A DNA stretch of 64,000 bases from the NCBI GenBank assembly GCA_028873375.1, contig JAGWKU010000001.1:11763-75762 (forward strand), read 5' to 3'. The position numbers and the translations under genes were made by a program. Of the stretch, positions 55,017-63,695 are shown in pieces; the stretch's first letter is position 1; every line of letters begins with the position of its first letter. The DNA comes from Verrucomicrobiota bacterium. GTDB lineage: Bacteria; Chlamydiota; Chlamydiia; Chlamydiales; SM23-39. The notes under the pieces were generated by a model, which saw only the letters and a program-made list of their open reading frames with translations, was not told where the DNA came from and made no database searches.

Positions 55017-56209
55017 CTCAGCTCTTCTACCGTTTTTCCTTTCGTTTCGGGAATCCTGGTGGCAACGATCCAAAGAGCTATAAGGCCAAACAGCGAATAG
55101 ATGAAAAAAACGCCTGCAGAGGTCAATTTTGCACTCAGGGGAAGAAAAGTAAGGGCGACTAAATAGTTGGCGATCCAGCCGATAAAACCTGTAAAGGCCA
55201 TGGCTTGTCCTCGGATGGGAGAAGGGGTGATTTCTCCCATGAAGAGTGAAGGAATGGGGCCAATACCAATTGCATAAGCAGCGATGAACGCGAGAAGACT
55301 GATGCTCGAGAGGAGAGGAGAATGAGAGAGGACGGCGAGGATTAGCCCAAGAAGGCCGAGCACCATTCCGCTGAGGCTCGTGAGTAAAAGAGGGCGGCGG
55401 CCTACTTTATCGATCAGCCAGAAAGCCAGGAGGATGGCCAGAAGATTCACGGTGCCGGTGATGAAGGTAACTAACATAGCGGAAGAGAGAGAGGAGAAGC
55501 CGGCCTCCTGGAAGATTTCAGGGGCAAAGTAATAGGCTACGCTAATGCCAGTGAATTGCTGAAAAACTGCGAGGGAGATTCCTAGCCAAAGGCGTGGGCG
55601 AAATCCAGGACTAAACACTTGCTTCCAAGAATTTTTTGCCAAGAGTCTTTGGGGAGGAAGTTTTTCATCGAGAAAGAAGAGAGCAATCAGATGGCCAAGA
55701 GCAATAAAAGTACCCATTCCAAACATGAAAGACCAGTTTCCTGTGCTGGAAAACCAATACCCCGCAAAATAAGATGATAAGCTCCCAAGCGCGATAGCGA
55801 TTTGGTAGGAGCTGACGATATAGCCGCGCTGCGGGGCAGGAGCGATTTCGATCAAATAAAGGGGAACAAGTAATGGCATGATACCGGCTCCTGCTCCGGT
55901 GATGAGTCGTCCCAAAAGGAGACTTTCATAGTTCCAGGCACAGGCTGCGAGGAGCGAGCCGACGAGAAAAAAAATCCCCCCTATTTGCATCGTAGCTTTT
56001 CCACCCCATCGGCTTCTCCAGGAGCTAGCGAAAGCAGATGTAATCAAAGCTCCAAGCAATGCAATGCTGGCTGCTATCCCTTGTTGCAGGGGTGAGAGCG
56101 AAAAGGTGGCTCCCACGAAGGCTAAAGCTCCCGCAATAATGGAAGTAGCATAACCAAATTGAAATCCACCAAAAGAGCAAATTAAAACATCTTTATAAAA
56201 TCTTGTCAT
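54998..56209 (-). CDS. MFS sugar-porter family transporter
   Basis: GFQFGYATSIIAGAL, GRLITGAGAGIMPLLVPLYLIEIAPAPQRG, LIDKVGRRPLLLTSL, RIPETKGKTVEEL. Confidence 0.85.
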   Translation of the reverse strand: MTRFYKDVLICSFGGFQFGYATSIIAGALAFVGATFSLSPLQQGIAASIALLGALITSAFASSWRSRWGGKATMQIGGIFFLVGSLLAACAWNYESLLLGRLITGAGAGIMPLLVPLYLIEIAPAPQRGYIVSSYQIAIALGSLSSYFAGYWFSSTGNWSFMFGMGTFIALGHLIALFFLDEKLPPQRLLAKNSWKQVFSPGFRPRLWLGISLAVFQQFTGISVAYYFAPEIFQEAGFSSLSSAMLVTFITGTVNLLAILLAFWLIDKVGRRPLLLTSLSGMVLGLLGLILAVLSHSPLLSSISLLAFIAAYAIGIGPIPSLFMGEITPSPIRGQAMAFTGFIGWIANYLVALTFLPLSAKLTSAGVFFIYSLFGLIALWIVATRIPETKGKTVEELSYEVFR

Positions 56210-56244
56210 AGTAAGTTAATTATAGCTGCTGTGAAGTATTAAAA

Positions 56245-57261
56245 CTATTGTTGTTTGGAATGAGAAAAGTAGCGAAAAGGCCAGAGAATAAGGGCTTTAA
56301 GAGAAGCACAACGACTAGGCTGAGGAGGCGGGGGGTCTTCTTTTTCAAATTGCCATTGAATAAGTGGAGGAGGATCGATGAAAAAATCAGGTTTTGTGGT
56401 TCTTTTTTTTCCGTTCAGAGGAACGAAAAGACAGGAATACATAATGTCTGTTACGCGGCGAGTAACCAGCACCTCTTTGACAGAGGTAGTAGAAAGGGCT
56501 CGCTCCCATTTCCAGCGTTCTAAGGTACCTGGCGCTTCAAAGAAAGTGCTTTGAAACATTTCTGTCATGCGGTTTGAAAAGGCATAGGTGCAAATAGTCT
56601 GCCGGTTTTCTAAGATATCCTGAGTTTTCTCTCTCTCGCAGAAGAAAAGGCGTCCTTTTGGGGCCACCAAGTCTTTGAGTTTTTCGACATAAGAGGTTTG
56701 GATCTCAGCACAAAACTCTCGGAGAGCTCGATCTTGATCACGATAAGGAAAAGAAGAGAATACTTTTTGTAAGAGCTTTAAAAAGGCGCTCGATACTTCA
56801 ACCGAAATGACATAGTCATATACGCCTAAATTTGTTTTTCGGTGGCACAGGCGTAAGAATTCGGTCCAAGGAGAAGGCCGGAGCTGAGAGAGGAGGCGGG
56901 GAAATTGCTGGTACAATTTGTTTTCAGAGAGCCGTTTTACTTTCTCGATCAAAGGACCGAGGATACCGGTGAAATCATCTCCTTTCAGATAGATTTTATC
57001 GATGAGAGAAAGATCCATTTTTGGAGGACAGGGGTTGACAAAGACAACTTCGTCAAATTGTTCAGCCAGCTTTGCGAGAGGTAAATTTCGATCGAAAATG
57101 CTGAGAATAATAACACGCCCGCGAAGCCCTTCTGCGCCTTTTAAAATCGCGTCAGCTACCTTCTTTTGATGAAGAGAGGATGTTTCTGGGTAGGCTGCAA
57201 TCGATTGGCGATCCTCGTCGATGACTTGCTGATAGACTTGTTCAAGAGAAGGGACAGGCAT
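56245..57261 (-). CDS. Hypothetical protein, possibly Rossmann/methyltransferase-like
   Basis: Intact 338-aa ORF; GLRGRVIILSIFDRNLPLAKLAEQFDEVVFVNP and LVAPKGRLFFCEREKTQD resemble methyltransferase-like cores. Confidence 0.55.
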   Translation of the reverse strand: MPVPSLEQVYQQVIDEDRQSIAAYPETSSLHQKKVADAILKGAEGLRGRVIILSIFDRNLPLAKLAEQFDEVVFVNPCPPKMDLSLIDKIYLKGDDFTGILGPLIEKVKRLSENKLYQQFPRLLSQLRPSPWTEFLRLCHRKTNLGVYDYVISVEVSSAFLKLLQKVFSSFPYRDQDRALREFCAEIQTSYVEKLKDLVAPKGRLFFCEREKTQDILENRQTICTYAFSNRMTEMFQSTFFEAPGTLERWKWERALSTTSVKEVLVTRRVTDIMYSCLFVPLNGKKRTTKPDFFIDPPPLIQWQFEKEDPPPPQPSRCASLKALILWPFRYFSHSKQQ

Positions 57262-57319
57262 AACAATTCTTTTTTTTGGAAAGACTTTAAATATTCGATC
57301 AATTTTTCTGAAAGAAAAA

Positions 57320-58138
57320 TCACATCGCGTGATAACTGAAGAAGGTCATATGGATAAAATTAAGAAGAAAGTGACAGAGAATAGCACTTTCGATTTTCCC
57401 TGAGAGAAGATAGACGCCACCGTAAAGCAAACCGGCGATGAAGGTAAAGCCGAGGATCGCTAGGCTGGGACTCCAATAGAGGTGCGCAAACGCGAAAAAG
57501 AGGGAGGAGAGAAGAAGCGAAAAAAGCTTTCCTCTTTTCCATGGTTGGAAAAAATGGCCCAATTCTCGTTGGATGAATCCTCGATAAAAAGCTTCTTCAG
57601 GCATGGCGGTGAAGATCAGGTTCGTTAGATAGCGGAGAGCTGGGGAAGAGGGCCATTTCAATGCCCAATGCACTGTTCCGCTTGCAATTGCGATGAGAGC
57701 CATGGCGCTAATTCCTAGCGCAGTGAGCCAAACTCCTTTGGTCAGTGCTTGTTTCCAATCTGTTGTGCTGCAGGCTAAAGGGACGAGAAGCGCGAGGGGG
57801 AAGAAGCCCACCAAAGGAGCATCAAAGCCCATGGCCAGCTCCCCCACAATTGTCACAGGTGAAAATCCAGGTATCCAATGGAATTTAAACGCATAGCTTA
57901 GAGAGACCAGCGCGGTAAATAGAATGAGCCGGATGGGAAATGTTTTTTGTTGTGTATACGAAATCCAAAGCAACGCCCATCCTGCTAAAATCAAAAGACT
58001 GGAACTGGTGAGATTCCCATCGAACAATCCGAGGAGGAGGCTGATGGAGAGAAGCGTTCCCCAGAGTTTCGGATGTCGGTAGATCCAAAGACTGAGAAAA
58101 GCGGAGGCGAGAAATAGAAACGGAAGGAAGTGAATCAT
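57320..58138 (-). CDS. CPBP family intramembrane (CAAX-type) metalloprotease
   Basis: NLIFTAMPEEAFYRGFIQREL...LLLSSLFFAFAHLYWSP...SAILCHFLLNF. Confidence 0.85.
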   Translation of the reverse strand: MIHFLPFLFLASAFLSLWIYRHPKLWGTLLSISLLLGLFDGNLTSSSLLILAGWALLWISYTQQKTFPIRLILFTALVSLSYAFKFHWIPGFSPVTIVGELAMGFDAPLVGFFPLALLVPLACSTTDWKQALTKGVWLTALGISAMALIAIASGTVHWALKWPSSPALRYLTNLIFTAMPEEAFYRGFIQRELGHFFQPWKRGKLFSLLLSSLFFAFAHLYWSPSLAILGFTFIAGLLYGGVYLLSGKIESAILCHFLLNFIHMTFFSYHAM

Positions 58139-58836
58139 AACTCTATCCACTGAGCAGCTTTTCGGTGAGGTCCCCAAGTGATTTGATCAGGGGTTAAGGG
58201 TTGAAGTTTGAACTGTTTGCCGAGGTGATGATGGAGTTGGGTGAGGAGCTTGTCTTTGGAGGGAGCAAATTCTTTAAGACGACAAAGGAAGGTATGATGG
58301 GGTCGATCACGGCGGTAGCGCGGCCGCTTCGGAGGGAGGAGTAAATAATTCATGTTTTCGTCGCGATAGTCCCAAAGAAACGAGGTGTGGTGGAGCCATC
58401 GATCTTTCGTGATGTATTGAGCATTCCCTCCACATTTGAGATCGCCGATTACATAATCATTTTCGAGGAGTTGAAAATCGGGAATTTTCCAACTCTCGGC
58501 AAAGAGGTCGGCGCCCCAGCGAAGAATTGGCTCGGGGAAGGGATGGATGGGTAGAAAATCTTTTTGACAGATGAATGTGACAAAGAAGGTTTGTTCATCG
58601 ACGACAACAGTTCCTCCGCCGCTAAAGCGCTTGATGACGGGAATTTGGTCTCTCTTGATCGAAGCGATATTGAGATGCGTTTCTGGATTGCCTGAAATGC
58701 CCATGACGATTGCGCGGGGGGTGCCTCGGCTAATGAGACAAACATTGAGATGAGAGGCGCGGAGGAGTCCTTCTTCGATTTGGAGTTGTTCGAAGATGGG
58801 CATGGAGCCGAGGTCGAGAAAATGGAGCGTTTTCAT
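58135..58836 (-). CDS. Lipoate-protein ligase A family protein
   Basis: EQLQIEEGLLRASHLNVCLISRGTPRAIVMGISGNPETHL...IKRFSGGGTVVVDEQTFFVTFI...DLKCGGNAQYITKDRWLHHTSFLWDY. Confidence 0.88.
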   Translation of the reverse strand: MKTLHFLDLGSMPIFEQLQIEEGLLRASHLNVCLISRGTPRAIVMGISGNPETHLNIASIKRDQIPVIKRFSGGGTVVVDEQTFFVTFICQKDFLPIHPFPEPILRWGADLFAESWKIPDFQLLENDYVIGDLKCGGNAQYITKDRWLHHTSFLWDYRDENMNYLLLPPKRPRYRRDRPHHTFLCRLKEFAPSKDKLLTQLHHHLGKQFKLQPLTPDQITWGPHRKAAQWIEL

Positions 58837-59258
58837 GCGTCCTCTTTGGGAGGTTTATTGAGTCGAGAAGAGAGGTTGCTCGTCTTTCTTTGAGTTTCTG
58901 TCGCTTTGCGCCCGTTTTCAATCCGGATTTTAAGTTCTTCATCGTCGAGTTCTTCGGAGAGAAAGGAGGTGACTCCTGCTTTGAATGCAGTTTGCCGGTA
59001 TTCCTTTTTCAAACGGTTTGTGATGAGAAGAATAGGGACTGGAGTGAGCGCTCGGAGCTCCCGAGAAAGATCGAGAGGATCGCATTCTTCGATGGCTCCG
59101 TCGAGGATGATGAAATCGAAAGGAGTATCATGAATCAAACCCAAGGCTTTTTCTTTACTGTCTGTTTCAATGACAAAAAATTGAGCGTTGAGGTGTTTTT
59201 TGAGCCAAATGGAAACGGTTGGATTTTCAGAAATGACTAAAAGGGACTGCTTGTCCAT
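58833..59258 (-). CDS. Stand-alone receiver-domain (CheY-like) protein
   Basis: LLVISENPTVSIWLKKHL...FDFIILDGAIEECDPLDLSRELRALTPVPILLITN; no DNA-binding domain. Confidence 0.65.
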   Translation of the reverse strand: MDKQSLLVISENPTVSIWLKKHLNAQFFVIETDSKEKALGLIHDTPFDFIILDGAIEECDPLDLSRELRALTPVPILLITNRLKKEYRQTAFKAGVTSFLSEELDDEELKIRIENGRKATETQRKTSNLSSRLNKPPKEDA

Positions 59259-59269
59259 GGTTCTCTAAC

Positions 59270-61096
59270 CTAACGGTTTCGCTTTTCCAGCGCAACCATC
59301 AAGATGGAGATGTCAGAGGGAGAAAGACCTGAAATGCGAGAAGCAGATCCAAGATTTTCGGGTGTGAAGCGGCCTAGTTTTTGTTTTGCTTCTGCTCGTA
59401 GCCCGACGATGGAGGAGTAATCGAATTCTTTGGGAATGCGGATCACATCGAGATGCTCTAATTTGGCTACTTCTTTGTGTTGTCGTTGGATATAGCCGGC
59501 ATACTTGAGTTCGAGTTCGATTTGGGTGTTGAGATCGGAGCCAAAGTCGGCGATGAGAGCTGGATAAGCGGCTCGTGCTTTTTCGTAATCCCAGTCGGGG
59601 CGAGAGATCAATTGAGCCATGCTGATCCCCTTTCCTTCGATCGTTTTGTAGACGGTGGCAAGGCGAACGATTTCTGTCTCAATGGTCTTTTGCTTTTCGA
59701 TCACTCGGTCGTATTGAGCGCGGGTGATGAGGCCGAGTTCATAGGCCATGGGGCGAAGGCGCAAATCAGCGTTGTCTTGTCGCAGCAAGAGGCGATGTTC
59801 GGCGCGGCTGGTGAACATTCGGTAGGGTTCAGTCAGGTCGAAGCGGATCAGGTCGTCGATCATGACGCCGATGTAGCTATCACTGCGGCGCATGATGAAA
59901 GGAGATTTTCCAAGGGCTTTACAGGCGGCGTTGATGCCTGCGATCATCCCCTGCCCGGCTGCTTCTTCATAGCCGGTGGTCCCATTGACTTGTCCAGAGA
60001 GGAAAAGTCCTTCGACGAGTTTGGTTTCCAGGGTGGGAGATATTTGATCGCTCTTCACGTAGTCGTATTCAATCGCATAGGCAGAGCGGAGAATCTCGGC
60101 ATTTTCGAGACCTGTTACGCTGTGAATGAGATCGAGTTGGACGTCGAAAGGAAGGGATGTCGAGATTCCGTTGACATAGACCTCTTCGGTCATCAGGCCT
60201 TCAGGTTCGAGGAAGATTTGGTGGCGATCTTTGTCGGCAAAGCGGACTACTTTGTCTTCGATGGAGGGGCAATAGCGGGGACCGACTCCTTGAATTACGC
60301 CTGCATAGAGCGGCGAACGGTGGAGGTTGGCTTCGATGATCTGCTTGGTTTCAGGGGTGGTATAGGTGATGTGGCAGGCGATTTGCTGCATGCGAGGTTC
60401 TGGTTCATCGTAGGAAAAGCTGACCCACTCATCACTCAATTGCTCTTCGCATTTAGAGAAATCGATGCTGCGTCGGTGGATACGGGGTGGGGTCCCGGTC
60501 TTAAGGCGCCCGAGCCGAAAGCCGAGACTCTCGAGGCAAGGTGATAACCCGGTCGCTGCTTTATCTCCTGCGCGGCCCCCAGAGAAATTGGTCATCCCTA
60601 TGTGGATGAGTCCCTTCATAAAGGTGCCTGAGGAGAGGACTACGGTTTTAGCGCGGTAGGCAATCCCTTCCTGGGTCCCTACCCCCATGATCTGCCCCCC
60701 TTCCACAAGGAGGGACTCGGTGGTGCCTTGCTTGATGTGGAGGTAGGGGGTTTTTTCAAGCCGGAGCTTCATTTCCAGGGCATAGGCTGCCTTATCTGCC
60801 TGAGAACGAGGGGATCTCACCGCAGGCCCTTTGGAGGCATTGAGCATCCGGAACTGGATGCTCCGGCGGTCAGCCACCTTTCCCATGAGTCCGCCGAGGG
60901 CATCGATCTCACGGACCATATGCCCCTTGGCGGTGCCTCCGATCGACGGGTTGCAGCTCATCTTCCCGATGGTATCGAGATTCATAGTGAGCAAGAGGGT
61001 CTTACACCCCATCCGCGCAGCAGCGTGAGCTGCCTCGCAGCCGGCATGGCCAGCCCCTATCACTATGACATCAAAGATTTCCGGATAATTCCACAT
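59270..61096 (-). CDS. mnmG: tRNA uridine-5-carboxymethylaminomethyl(34) synthesis enzyme MnmG
   Basis: FDVIVIGAGHAGCEAAHAAARMG, MSCNPSIGGTAKGHMVREIDALGGLMGKVAD, LKTGTPPRI, YCPSIEDKVVRFADKDRHQIFLEPEG. Confidence 0.96.
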   Translation of the reverse strand: MWNYPEIFDVIVIGAGHAGCEAAHAAARMGCKTLLLTMNLDTIGKMSCNPSIGGTAKGHMVREIDALGGLMGKVADRRSIQFRMLNASKGPAVRSPRSQADKAAYALEMKLRLEKTPYLHIKQGTTESLLVEGGQIMGVGTQEGIAYRAKTVVLSSGTFMKGLIHIGMTNFSGGRAGDKAATGLSPCLESLGFRLGRLKTGTPPRIHRRSIDFSKCEEQLSDEWVSFSYDEPEPRMQQIACHITYTTPETKQIIEANLHRSPLYAGVIQGVGPRYCPSIEDKVVRFADKDRHQIFLEPEGLMTEEVYVNGISTSLPFDVQLDLIHSVTGLENAEILRSAYAIEYDYVKSDQISPTLETKLVEGLFLSGQVNGTTGYEEAAGQGMIAGINAACKALGKSPFIMRRSDSYIGVMIDDLIRFDLTEPYRMFTSRAEHRLLLRQDNADLRLRPMAYELGLITRAQYDRVIEKQKTIETEIVRLATVYKTIEGKGISMAQLISRPDWDYEKARAAYPALIADFGSDLNTQIELELKYAGYIQRQHKEVAKLEHLDVIRIPKEFDYSSIVGLRAEAKQKLGRFTPENLGSASRISGLSPSDISILMVALEKRNR

Positions 61097-61135
61097 GATG
61101 AGTAAAAGGCCCCCTTCAATCAGAGGGCCCGCGAT

Positions 61136-61225
61136 CTATTTTTTCTTATGACGATCGCGGCGTCGGCGTTTTTTACGCTTGTGCCGGGCGATCTTCGCTC
61201 TGCGTTTTTTCTTTACAGATGACAT
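61136..61225 (-). CDS. 29-aa highly basic AURKAIP1/COX24-domain-like (ribosome-associated) protein
   Basis: MSSVKKKRRAKIARHKRKKRRRRDRHKKK; the tracked longer ORF start is upstream of this ATG. Confidence 0.7.
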   Translation of the reverse strand: MSSVKKKRRAKIARHKRKKRRRRDRHKKK

Positions 61226-61320
61226 AAACTTCCTTCCAAAGTTCTGGGCTAGTATAAGAGGCCCCCTACAAAAAGTAAAGGACTCCTTGCAGGCACCCTT
61301 ATCATATAGGATTAAAAATT

Positions 61321-62769
61321 TCACTCGTTTGGTGAAAAGGCGGCAAACGCCTCTTTGTTGCCTTTGGCCGCATCCCCCATGGGGTTCATGGGGGTATAGT
61401 TGGCGAATTGGCCGATTTCCTTGCGGAAGGTCATGACGACATCTCCGACAGCGCCGTGGCGGTTTTTGGACACTAGGACTTCGGCGAGGCCGGGCTTGTC
61501 GTGCTTGTCGTAGTATTCACGGCGGAATAGGAACATGACGACGTCGGCATCTTGTTCCAAAGACCCCGATTCTCTCAAGTCGCTCATCATGGGGCGGTGA
61601 CCTTGTCGCTCTTCGACCTTACGGGAGAGCTGGGCAGCGCAGAGGATGGGGATATCGAGCTCGCGAGCGAGCGTCTTAAGCATGCGAGAAATTTCGGAAA
61701 TTTCGATCTGCCGATTCTCTTGCGAGCGCATGTTGCCTGAGCCAGAGAGGAGTTGCAAATAGTCGATGGCTAAAAACCCGATGCCGTGCGTTTCTTTCAT
61801 GCGGCGGGCGCGGGCGCGCAGGTCGGTAATTTTAAGGCCTGGCTGGTCATCGATGATCAACGTGTGCTTTTGCATTGAATTTACCGATGCGACAATTCGT
61901 TGATATTCGTTGCCGCTAAGAGAGCCTGTTTGAATTTTTTGTGATTCGATTTCTGACTGCGAGCAGATGAGGCGGTGAAGGATTTGCGAGGCGCTCATTT
62001 CCAGAGAAAAAATGCCGACTGGCATTTTGTTGCGGAAACAAATGTTCTCCGCTACGGAAAGGATAAAGGCAGTTTTTCCCATCGATGGACGGGCTCCTAG
62101 CAGAATGAAGTTTGACTTCATAAAGCCATTGAGCATTTTGTCGAGCTCGACGAAATGGGTCGGGATACCGGTGACGCCGGGTGCATCAGGCCCTCTCTCT
62201 TGGAACTTTTGCTGTCTTTCTTGCAGCTCCTTCAAGAAGGGCATTTTCGATTCGGCTTTGACTCCGGTGATCAACTCTTTAATCGTAATGCCAAGATGGT
62301 GTTGCGACGATTGGGAGATATTGTAAAACTCCGATTGTGCCGCATCGAGAGAAGCGTGGACATCGGCTGGCTCTTCTAGAGCGGTGCGTTCGATGTTCTG
62401 CGCAGCTGTGATCATTCGGCGCAAGATCGACTTTTCGCGAATCAGCGTGACATATTCTTCAATGTAGGCCGACGTGCCTGCATACTGCGCAAGAAGCGTT
62501 AAATAACTAACGCCACCAATCGCGTCCAACTTGCCGATTCGCTTCAAATCTTCGCTGATGAGGTGAATATCGGCGGGCTTATCAGCGCGATACGCGGCTT
62601 TGAGAGATGCAAATACTGCTTGGTGTTCAGTGTAATAAAAGTCGGTTTCTTCGAGCGTGTCTGCGGCTACATTAAGAGCATTGACACTCGTGAGCATACA
62701 GCCCAAGACCATCATCTCTGATTCTTTGGAATTAGGGGGAACACGTACTTTTTTATCAGTCTCGGACAT
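61321..62769 (-). CDS. dnaB: Replicative DNA helicase
   Basis: SNFILLGARPSMGKTAFILSVAEN, GIFSLEMSASQILHRL, LAIDYLQLLSGSG, ISRMLKTLARELDIPILCAAQLSRKVE, SGSLEQDADVVMFLFR. Confidence 0.96.
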   Translation of the reverse strand: MSETDKKVRVPPNSKESEMMVLGCMLTSVNALNVAADTLEETDFYYTEHQAVFASLKAAYRADKPADIHLISEDLKRIGKLDAIGGVSYLTLLAQYAGTSAYIEEYVTLIREKSILRRMITAAQNIERTALEEPADVHASLDAAQSEFYNISQSSQHHLGITIKELITGVKAESKMPFLKELQERQQKFQERGPDAPGVTGIPTHFVELDKMLNGFMKSNFILLGARPSMGKTAFILSVAENICFRNKMPVGIFSLEMSASQILHRLICSQSEIESQKIQTGSLSGNEYQRIVASVNSMQKHTLIIDDQPGLKITDLRARARRMKETHGIGFLAIDYLQLLSGSGNMRSQENRQIEISEISRMLKTLARELDIPILCAAQLSRKVEERQGHRPMMSDLRESGSLEQDADVVMFLFRREYYDKHDKPGLAEVLVSKNRHGAVGDVVMTFRKEIGQFANYTPMNPMGDAAKGNKEAFAAFSPNE

Positions 62770-62898
62770 GGAATGGAGTTATAACAGAAAAAGAGAAAAA
62801 ACAGCAAAGAGGGATTTCCCCTTCGGGGACCGGCTCGTGCGCTGCATCGCGCTTCACTTCAAATCCCCACGCGACCCAAACTGTTGGGTCGCTTCTTT

Positions 62899-62922
62899 CG
62901 ATTTTTTCGAAAGAAAAAATCG
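62899..62922 (-). terminator. Hairpin cgattttttc-gaaa-gaaaaaatcg immediately 3' of tRNA-Ser
   Basis: 10-bp stem with a 4-nt loop; overlaps the tRNA discriminator end on the minus strand. Confidence 0.45.
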
Positions 62923-63010
62923 GAAAGAGAGGGATTTGAACCCTCGGTACCCTTATTGGGGGTACGCGTCCTTAGCAGGGACGTGCCTTCGGCCGCTCAG
63001 CCATCTTTCC
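62921..63010 (-). tRNA. tRNA-Ser (anticodon GCT)
   Basis: Minus strand GGAAAGATGGCTGAGCGGCCGAAGGCACGTCCCTGCTAAGGACGCGTACCCCCAATAAGGGTACCGAGGGTTCAAATCCCTCTCTTTCCG; long variable arm, type II cloverleaf. Confidence 0.96.
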
Positions 63011-63139
63011 GTAAACCCAGAGATTTTAAGCGATCAGACCCCTTTTGAGCAACCCCCAGGAGAAGAATTTTTTACTTTCAAGAAAATGAAGGAGAGGAAT
63101 AAGGTACTTAGCTTCAGATTATTAATGAGGAGGTAATCC

Positions 63140-63379
63140 ATGTCTTCCAACGTAGTCCAAACAAGTACTTTGCTTCGCCATGGAGCAATTGCGATAGAAG
63201 AGCAAGATGCTTATTGTGCCGTAATATTTAAAACAGCAAAAGAGGCGAAAAAGTATTTTGAGGCTAATCAACCCTCCATAGTGTCGCCCCGTCAGATGCA
63301 TTGCAGGCGGATAGAATCTTCTATTCCCTTCGAAGCTCACAGCCAGAAGACCGAAGTAAAAAGATTTTTAGTAGTTTGA
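63140..63379 (+). CDS. Short hypothetical protein (possibly 5' part of a frameshifted gene)
   Basis: ATG at 63140, 6 bp after GGAGG; 79 aa, no recognised family. Confidence 0.45.
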   Translation: MSSNVVQTSTLLRHGAIAIEEQDAYCAVIFKTAKEAKKYFEANQPSIVSPRQMHCRRIESSIPFEAHSQKTEVKRFLVV

Positions 63380-63579
63380 GTGATTGGAACGAAGCTCTCA
63401 AAAAGGAAGATGAGTTTGCGCGCTCGGTAGCGGAGATTGGAGGAATGCTGAGCATGGAATTCATGGGAATATCAAAAGAAATAGCGATGAGCAAAATCCA
63501 ATTTAGGCAGATCGAGGCTTATCTGGCATTTATCAATGCGTTTAAGGCTTCGGGAAGAACGCCTAAGCCTTTTTTGTGA
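63301..63579 (+). CDS. Short hypothetical protein (possibly 3' part of the same gene, different frame)
   Basis: Overlaps the previous ORF; LSDWNEALKKEDEFARSVAEIGGMLSMEFMGISKEIAMSKIQFRQIEAYLAFINAFKASGR looks like genuine amphipathic coding sequence. Confidence 0.4.
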   Translation: MQADRIFYSLRSSQPEDRSKKIFSSLSDWNEALKKEDEFARSVAEIGGMLSMEFMGISKEIAMSKIQFRQIEAYLAFINAFKASGRTPKPFL

Positions 63580-63589
63580 GATATTTTCT

Positions 63590-63610
63590 AATGTAAAGCC
63601 GCTTTACATT
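63590..63610. repeat. Palindrome AATGTAAAGC-C-GCTTTACATT
   Basis: Perfect 10+1+10 palindrome, 11 bp after the preceding ORF stop, plus one extra T. Confidence 0.95.
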
Positions 63611-63695
63611 TGGGAAGCGCTGCTTTTCTTTGCCTAAAAAACCCCTTTTGGTTAAAAGAGGTTTGGGATAGCCTATACCCCTGAGATTGACTGTT

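Noticed and set aside
59477-60544. 355-aa plus-strand ORF opposite mnmG
   Set aside because: It is antisense to a clearly conserved mnmG, its low-complexity Val/Gly/Asp/Glu composition mirrors the opposite frame, and no family is recognised.
5420-63610. Interpreting the dispersed palindromes as ordinary rho-independent terminators
   Set aside because: They lack a downstream T tract, two lie inside genes, one lies just upstream of tatD, and the centre GC-N-GC cannot pair in RNA yet is invariant.
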